Below, piece after piece: positions 55,620 through 64,000 of a stretch of 64,000 nucleotides of DNA. Location of the stretch: contig OX597818.1 of NCBI GenBank assembly GCA_951406725.2, positions 100,688,001 to 100,752,000 on the forward strand. Direction: 5' to 3'. The DNA is from Octopus vulgaris (lineage: Eukaryota). A model generated the notes under the pieces. It did not search any database, was not told where the DNA came from, and was given only the letters and a program-made list of their open reading frames with translations. The translations under genes were made by a program, and so were the position numbers. Within the stretch, counting starts at the first letter, position 1. Each line of letters begins with the position of its first letter.

Positions 55620-56169
55620 TATCTCAATACAAGTCAACTATACAGCGCTCTTTGAAGTATTGGGACGGCGCATATCCTAGAATCCTAACATGTTTTATGA
55701 AACAATAAATATGCCTTCTCACTCTCCTTTATATAGTGAATCCTACGTTTATTACTACATTCATTTTCTCTACATGCATCAGATAATGTATGGAAAAGCT
55801 TTACTAGAAAGAAAGTCCCGTCATCTTTAAAGATAGGATAGAAAAAATCGTTTTGAGGATATTATTTTCCTAATTTCTCTCAATAGTCTACGGCTAAATA
55901 AGAGCAGTCTCCCGATGTTTTAAGTTAGCAAATCGACTCCAGTACAGAGCATAACGTTTTGTCTCTGAAGTTCTGTTTTGGGTTTGAATTTTACTTTCTC
56001 ATTGAGTTCTAACTATTATCGTTTCGTTGGAAATGATTATACAGAACTCACATTTTCTTTACGTTTGATGATTCCTCGCAGGAAATATTTGCCGGCAAGT
56101 TTACTATTTAATGCTAAGGGTATTGAGTAAGCTAGCTGATAAGTGGTCAAATGTTCAAGGAACTAATCT

Positions 56170-56590
56170 CTTTTACTCCCTTTTAATTGTTTCAGTCATT
56201 TGACTGTGGCCATGCCGGAGTATCGCCTTTAGTTGAGCAAATCGACCCCAGGAATTATTCTTTGTAAGCCTAGAACTTATTCTATCGGTCGCTTTTACCC
56301 GAACCGCTAAGTTACAGCGACGTAAACACACCAGCATCGGTTGTCAAGCGTTGTTGCGGGACAAACACAGACACCCAAACACACACACACACGTCAAACA
56401 CACATACATACATACATATACATATATACGACGGGCTTCTTTCCGTTACCGTCTACCAAATCCACTCACAAGGCTTTGGTCGGCCCGAGTCTATAGTAGA
56501 AGACAGTAGCCCAAGGTGCCACGCAGTGGGACTAAACCTGAAACCATGTGGTTTGTAAGCAAGCTAATTACCACACATTCACTCTTGCGC
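56170..56590 (-). mobile_element. SINE family A
   Basis: Full-length inverted homolog of 13345-13755. Confidence 0.9.
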
Positions 56591-57019
56591 TACTAACTAC
56601 GTTTGACCTTTTCTTTGTTTTATTATGGAATTGAATAATGTTTGGCTAATTCTCATAAATTTCATTGGGATTTCTCGACTGCGATTTTCAGGAACTCAAT
56701 ATTAACAGAATTTATTGGTCCAGATACGGAAAAATATTTTGAGAGTGAAACCATCTAGATGGTCGTTTGCATATCCGAATAGATAAAGCATCCTTTCGAT
56801 AGACAGAAAAATCCTTTTTTGCAGCATTGAATTCATAGGGCATACAATGTCTATGTGCCTCTTCTAACTTCTCTTTAAAAAGGCGAGATCAGTCCATTTG
56901 CAAACATGATAGTAAAAACGCAATCTACAGGGAAAGATCAGCAGTCGTTAGAATGTTAATGATAATGTTTGTATTACCTTAAGTATTTGAAATGTCTCTG
57001 CATATTATCCGGTATGAAT

Positions 57020-57225
57020 TCTTTTCTACTCTAGGCAGAAGGCCCAAAATTTTGGGGGTGGGGGCCAGTCGATTAGATCGACCACACAACACAACTGGTA
57101 GTTCGTTAATCGACCCCGAAAGGATGAAAGGCAATGGCAACCTCGGCGGGATTTGAACTCAGAACGTAAAGACTGACGTTAAGCATTTCGTCCGACGTGC
57201 TAAATTTTATGACAGCTCGCCGCCT
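57020..57225 (-). mobile_element. SINE family B
   Basis: atcgaccccgaaaggatgaaaggc..cctcggcggg.tttgaactcagaacgtaaag..cagctcgccgcc. Confidence 0.85.
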
Positions 57226-58414
57226 TTTATCACGTATAAATTGTGAAAGGAATTTCCAACTAAATACATAACACACACACGTACACACACACATGTATGT
57301 ATGCATGTAGGTGTGCGTAGGTGGGGTGTAGGATTATTGCGAGCTTGTCATTCTAATTAGCAGTAATGAAATATTCAACACAGCTGTCAATCATTGTAAA
57401 TATGATGCAAAAATGTATTACATTGGTGTAAAAATATAAGCTCCTTACAGAAACTGAAGCAAAATAGACACTGCAGATTACCTCATTATTTGGTTAAACC
57501 CAATCTTTAGCGAGCCTGTACAGCAGGCTAGAATACATTTCCTTTCATAAGTACTACAAGCATTTTATTAAAAATAGCGTTTGCAATTAGAGCTGTCCGT
57601 CAAATTATAGTCAGATGGATATTAAATATAGAGATACCACGATATTATATATTACTTACTTCGTTAAAAACACATTTTGAAGTTGCATTCCTTGTAATTA
57701 AGTACAATAATATTGTGGCTGTCAGACATGATGATACGGAAAATGATGATGACAATGATAACGATGGCAATGAACACTCAACGCAGCTGCTGCTGTTGTG
57801 GATGACGATGTTGATGAGGAAAATAGTGAATTTCTTGACTGTGTTCCAGTTGTTAGAACACAGTAGGAAGAATCAATAATAGATTAACTTCTGAAGTCTG
57901 TGTTTGAAACACTACAGCGTCTTTAGAAATATTTTATAATAGATATATAGGTATGTATATATTTGAATCGCAATTGTTTATCATATGATGTTATTCTTTT
58001 CATAATGAATGCTTTCATATACTTAGACACTTGTGTATGTATATCAAGGGTGTAAGATTATCAAAAAGAAACCTAACAACAAGTACGAATTGTGTTAAAT
58101 ATAAAGCTAAACTAAACGCACGGGAACGGTCTCTCTACATCGTTAAAGTGTTATTTCCTGCTAAATTCAAAAGGTTAGCGAAACAATGTTTCGAAAACGG
58201 GGGCATAAATGTTTGACAAACAATAGGATTTTCACGGCGGATACAAAGGAGAAAGATCAGATGCTGGGACACAGCCTTGGTGGGTTTAATCCAGGGTAAG
58301 AATTTGGGGTATCCACGGAATCAACACTCAAGCTCCGAGAAACACTCAAATACTCAAATATATACATATGCATATATACAACATAAACAAACACACACAC
58401 TTGCGCAAAAAAAA

Positions 58415-58520
<106 letters not shown>

Positions 58521-59768
58521 TATAGATAGACAGATAGCTAGATATAGATATATATAATAATTATGTATATAGATTATATAATTATATAAAGGATCAGGAA
58601 AAAATCCTGCTCAAAAATACGCCAAATATCCGTTTCAAAAACGACGGTTTGTTTTTATGTTTACATGGTTTGATCCGCTCATAGTGCCTATTAATCACTT
58701 TTTCCCTGGGTGTGATGGGTTCCAGGGTTTCTTCTAAGCATGAGATGCATACCCGTGATGTTCTGTTGCATTGTGCAAATCGAAAAGACTCGTTTACTAA
58801 ACTGCATCATTAGAGAATATGGCCTGTATAATGGAATCGGTGCTTTATTTGCATATTCACAATGCTTCCCTTTAGAAAATTTAAAATATGTGTATGTATA
58901 TAGGGGTAAATATATATATGTGTATATATAGGGGTAAAATATAAAAAATCAACGGAAATGCATATTGCAAATAGAAAAAGGCTATTTATGATAGGTAGTG
59001 ACAAATATATACATTTTGATTGATTGAGATAGTAATACGAGTCATAAAGGTCATTATTATGTGATGATGATAAGATGATAATAAAGTAAGAGAACAAAAC
59101 GAACCAATGGTTTACGCGAAGGCTATTCATCGTTTGATTCTGAATATCGAAGGTGCGAGAATCCCTATCGGGCACTAAAATTATTTCCACTAATCTAGCA
59201 CCGATCCCTCGCGGGTCAGTTTTTGAACATCTGCTTTAGGTGTTTCCCTAGTTATAGTTATGTTTTCTCGGGTGATCCCTGATGGTATCTCGTTAAAAGA
59301 TACCCTGGCCGCAAGATTTCTTCTTGATCGTCGTAAATAGATGTAGCCACTGAGGGTCTACAGAATCATTTACATAGAAAATTCATTACAAATATGAGAT
59401 ACAAAAAGAAATAACTACGCAATACAACGAAAAAAAGTTTCACATATAACCGTTACTAGATACACATGTACAAACGCCAAGACAGGCGTGGTCTGGTTCA
59501 CGTACACTCACACGTAGAACCGCAAATGCACATACGGTTTGGTGCAGGTTTGCTCGTATACAGAATCAAGTAGATATTGATAAACTCAGTGCCTGTTACT
59601 GGATCGTGATATGAGCCCGAGTTATTAGCTGCAATTACATACTTGAAGTCTTTGGTGGCAGAAATTAAATCAGCTTGCATATACACGCTCATTTTACTAG
59701 ATCTATACTCGAGATAAGCCCGAACAGCCTGGGTGCTGTAGTTGCCACTAGAATATATATATACAGAG

Positions 59769-59804
<36 letters not shown>

Positions 59805-60074
59805 CCATGTATGTATTTCAAGTTTAATGATTTGCATATGATACGCTTTCTATACATACAAAAAATACCACCTTGGTTTGAATCAGTATGGTAATATATA
59901 AATCAAGTCAAACAAATTCTGCAAACAAACGAATAAACTATGTCAATGCATAAAGCGCTCACATCAGAAAAGTACATAAGAGCGTCCTCTCATTCTAATT
60001 TACGTAATTTTCTTCCTCCCTTCCATCCTGCTCTCTCCCTCATCATCGCTTTATTCTCCCGTTATTTCATCATA

Positions 60075-60241
60075 TTCTTCTTCTTCTTCTTCTTCTTCTT
60101 CTTCTTCTTCTTCTTCTTCTTCTTCTTCTTCTTCTTCTTCTTCTTCTTCTTCTGCTTCTTCTTCTTCTTTATCATATTTTACTTTCATCATCTTCATCAT
60201 TTTCCTCTTCACCATCAACATCATCATCATCATCATCATCA

Positions 60242-60273
<32 letters not shown>

Positions 60274-60314
60274 GTCTTCATCATCATCATATTCTCCTTC
60301 TTCTTCTTCTTCTT

Positions 60315-60355
<41 letters not shown>

Positions 60356-60360
60356 TCTTC
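60075..60360. repeat. Compound trinucleotide microsatellite (TTC/CAT/CGT/CTA)
   Basis: Directly visible. Confidence 0.95.
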
Positions 60361-60798
60361 CGCTATGGAACCCTGTAAGCAAGCTGATTAATAGGACACC
60401 TGAATGCATTCATCCATTATTGCTTCTGTCATACTAAACTACAGTACGAATTGTTGGCGACAACTGCTGCCGCAGTGTTTACAGCGTATTCCGCTATCGA
60501 ATACAAGATGGGGAATATGAAATTTTCTTCGCTATTTTGTACCGTAGTTGCCTTCTTAAAGATGACTTATAACATAAGCATCAATAAATAACTTAGATAC
60601 ATGTGCACGTAAGTGAACTACGGACAACTAGATTGTCAGAACAGATATGTCATGCAAATGCGATGAGAATACACTGCACTTTTAACGAAAAATGTATGAA
60701 CTCAATACGACAGTAGCAGCAAGAAAATTTTTTTTTAAGTTTAAAATGTCAGAAATACATGCACACAGACACACACTAATATTTATCTGGGCATATAA

Positions 60799-60842
<44 letters not shown>

Positions 60843-61053
60843 TTTTTCGTTTCATGTTCGTCTCTGTTGCGTTGCATTCTTTCCTTCTGGGGCTGGCCGA
60901 TTCAGAGCGGATCTCAGAATTAAACAGCCGAAATCTGCGATGAGGAATCGGTTTCTGACCGAAGAACGAAGGCTTTAAATGACCCGTCTGTCTCTTATGT
61001 TCGTCCCTTTGTGTATTTCACGTTATTTATATATGTAAAGGTTTACTATATAA

Positions 61054-61123
<70 letters not shown>

Positions 61124-61254
61124 ATATATATACATATATATATATACGCATATATATAAACATATGTATGTATATTTATATAAATATATATGTATATATA
61201 TATATATATATATACGCATATATATAAACATATGCATCTATATTTATATAAATA

Positions 61255-61318
<64 letters not shown>

Positions 61319-61404
61319 AATATACGTTATATATATATCACATTAAATAAGTGATAGAGAAGATTGATTGATATGGAAGACGGAGTGTAACTGGAAGCTC
61401 CGTT

Positions 61405-61509
61405 ATCACAACACTCGTTTCGGTTCCATTCTGCATTACTCCTACTGTGTAATGCACTATTTAATGACATCGGATATAATGTATAGTGCAGAAAGCTTCA
61501 TCAGGTGGC
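61405..61509 (-). ncRNA. Hammerhead motif with long branched stem II
   Basis: Minus: gccac-CTGATGA-agctttctgca...tgcagaatggaacc-GAAA-cgagtg-TT-gtgat. Decayed inverted copy at ~61682-61790. Confidence 0.55.
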
Positions 61510-62167
61510 ATAATATGCTTCAAAATGTATAAGATTTACATCTGGATTTCGCTCCAAAATTACATGCTGTTGGTGACACTACTACATCCTCACTTCGGCA
61601 AAATGTATCTGAACTGCTGGGCAACTAACCACTAAGCTATTATCTTCGGGAAAAATTTAGAAGTAAACCTTATAATATGTTTGTTACTTCCTGAGGCTTT
61701 CTGCACTGTACGTTGCATCTGATATCACTTCATCGTCCCACACCCGCTAGGAAGCGTTGCAGAATGAAACCAAGGCAATTTCTGTGCTAATATAGTTTGT
61801 TGTTACCCCCCGTCGTCAATATCAATCATATGATGTATAGACAAAGTGCTTCAAGGAATTATGGACGTGGATCCAGCGATGAAAGTGCAGTAACGCAGAT
61901 GACGAGTGGTAGCTATAGTGGTGAATGTGCTCTACAGGCAGGTATATATTTATATACATGTATATATATACATGTATATACATGTATATAAATATATATA
62001 TATATAAATACATATTGATTGAGAGATAGATACATACTTACATGCATACAGATATACATCCAAATATACATGTATATATGTATATATGTATATATATATA
62101 TATATATATGATAGATCGGTAGCCACTACATTTTCTGTATTTTCCCTCCTTGTTTCTTCCTGTTTTT

Positions 62168-62204
62168 TTTTTTGTTGAAGAGCGTAGGCTCGAAACGTTA
62201 AAGA
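62168..62204 (+). ncRNA. Ultra-minimal hammerhead-like motif
   Basis: ttt-TTGTTGA-a-gagc(gtag)gctc-GAAA-cg-TT-aaag, within a short repeat (62110-62295) flanked by (TA)n. Core is non-canonical. Confidence 0.35.
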
Positions 62205-62331
62205 CTCTTTCACTTCCCAAGCGTTAAACTAATACATATGTTTGTTGTCTACACCACATGTCTTCGTCTTTTTTCTTCTGTATTCTCCCCATGTGTACAT
62301 GTATGTATAGATATATATATATGTATATATA

Positions 62332-62431
<100 letters not shown>

Positions 62432-63962
62432 TACATATATACATATATACATGTATATTTGTATGTATGCATGTTAGTATGTATCTATCTATCTCTCAAT
62501 TTATGTATTCATGACTGCAGCACAACCTATTCTTTGCAAAGGAGTTTCTTTTTACTGATATTTTAATGACCTATTCGTTGAAGTAAAATTTCTTTGTAGG
62601 AGCATAAATTGTTTTCTTTACTTCCATTGGTATATCAATATATTAGACAATTCTACATACATAAATCAAAGAAAAAAAAAAGAAAAAGGAAAAAAGAATC
62701 CGAGAAATAATTGAAAGGAAAGGAAAGAGACATTTATTTTTATCCACTTCACGCCCCAATTTAAGTCAACTATATTGAATGATTTATTTTAAACTTAAAC
62801 ATGAATCAGTGAAATTTACTGTACAATCTAGAATATATGTGAACGTCGCCAATTTTCCTTAATCACAAGAGAATATATTATTAATCGTATATAATAAAAA
62901 CTGGGAAGGTGTTACATTTTATGTTTAAATAATTAAGTTAAACAAATTCAAAACAATCTTTATATGAAGTGACAAGCCACAGTTTGATTTAGAAGGTGTT
63001 AATTTTACAGTAGCAATATTGCACCAGGAACATTATTTAGAATAGAAATTAATTATCATTGGTTGAGATTATAAAATACGAAGAAATAACTGATGTGCGA
63101 AAACCTTAATTCAGTCATATTCCTAAAATATTGGTTCTTCATTACGCTCAAACACTTTCACAAATACTTAGTAAAACCCCATTGGGGAATGTAAATAAGA
63201 GGACTGACAGGTGTATAGTCATAGCTAAATACACACATATTCCTACATCTACGCATACAGATGCACTTTGTATTTTTATAAATTTAATGATTGTGACAAA
63301 TTGAAGAGTATTTGTGTTTTATTGATCTTCTCACACTAATGGGGGAACGAGATTAAATTAAGCTATATATATATATATATATAGTAATCAATAATTCTAA
63401 CATTATTATTATGCACTTTCCTGTATATTTTTATGCGAATTTTGTGCGTTCTTATTTTCGTATTATATTTGAACTCAATTCAATTATTTCAATTCCCATT
63501 AAGCATTTTCCACTTCTTACTAATTTTATGAATTTCAATAAAATCTTATCAGAGCATCAGGTAAACATATATATTTTTAAAATTGTGTTTCTTGGTATCT
63601 GTTTCACTGTATTTGTGTCCATATCTCAATTTAATACCATTTCCTCATATATTTTAATATACATTTTTTTCTACTATGCTTTTGAATCGATCCTCCTAAA
63701 TTTAAGCACATCCCGAAACACATTAAGTCTTTGAATATGTGTCTAACCTACTAATTTATTTTCGTCAATTAGATGTTATCATTATTATTACTGACATAAA
63801 TTCAGTCTGTTAAATGCTATTCTTAGAGGAATATGTCTTAGAACAATGTACCATTATATTTAAGCTAGAATCTCACATATTTTGATTTCCATTCTAATCT
63901 ACTTTCTGTATCATAGGATTGGCTCATACTTATAAATGCCTTCTATTTTGAATTCTTAGAAG

Positions 63963-64000
63963 TTTTTTTTTTCCTGCAGGGAAGGAGCTAGATTCAACAG
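63963..64000 (+). other. Probable 3' splice acceptor and start of a host exon at 63980
   Basis: ttttttttttcctgcag|G followed by purine-richer sequence, open as EGARFN or KELDST. Truncated by the window end. Confidence 0.5.

Noticed and set aside
59498-59750. Non-repetitive part of the 119-aa minus ORF
   Set aside because: Starts in microsatellite, with no recognisable domain or splice signals.

Overview
Very AT-rich eukaryotic DNA full of (TA)n, (CA)n, (TAGA)n, (TATG)n, (AAT)n and (GAA)n microsatellites and decayed transposons. The tRNA-derived SINEs resemble octopus/cephalopod SINEs as I recall them, so an Octopus-like mollusc is likely (inference, not a database result). I found no intact host protein-coding gene, and nearly all listed ORFs are microsatellite artefacts. 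A strong + strand splice acceptor at the extreme right end suggests the window lies at least partly in an intron. Recognisable elements are several SINE families, R4/Dong-type REL-endonuclease LINE fragments in (AAT)n, RTE LINE fragments, a Penelope-like element (RT C-terminus plus two GIY-YIG domains), mariner/maT remnants and MITEs, a non-autonomous Helitron and a Crypton-like palindromic element with a small clean ORF. The most notable hidden signal is about ten loci of type I hammerhead-ribozyme-like motifs. Several form mirror-image pairs in fold-back repeats within (TA)n, and some have unusual cores (G3-C8 swap) or long branched stem II insertions. Coordinates were read by eye and boundaries of decayed elements are approximate.
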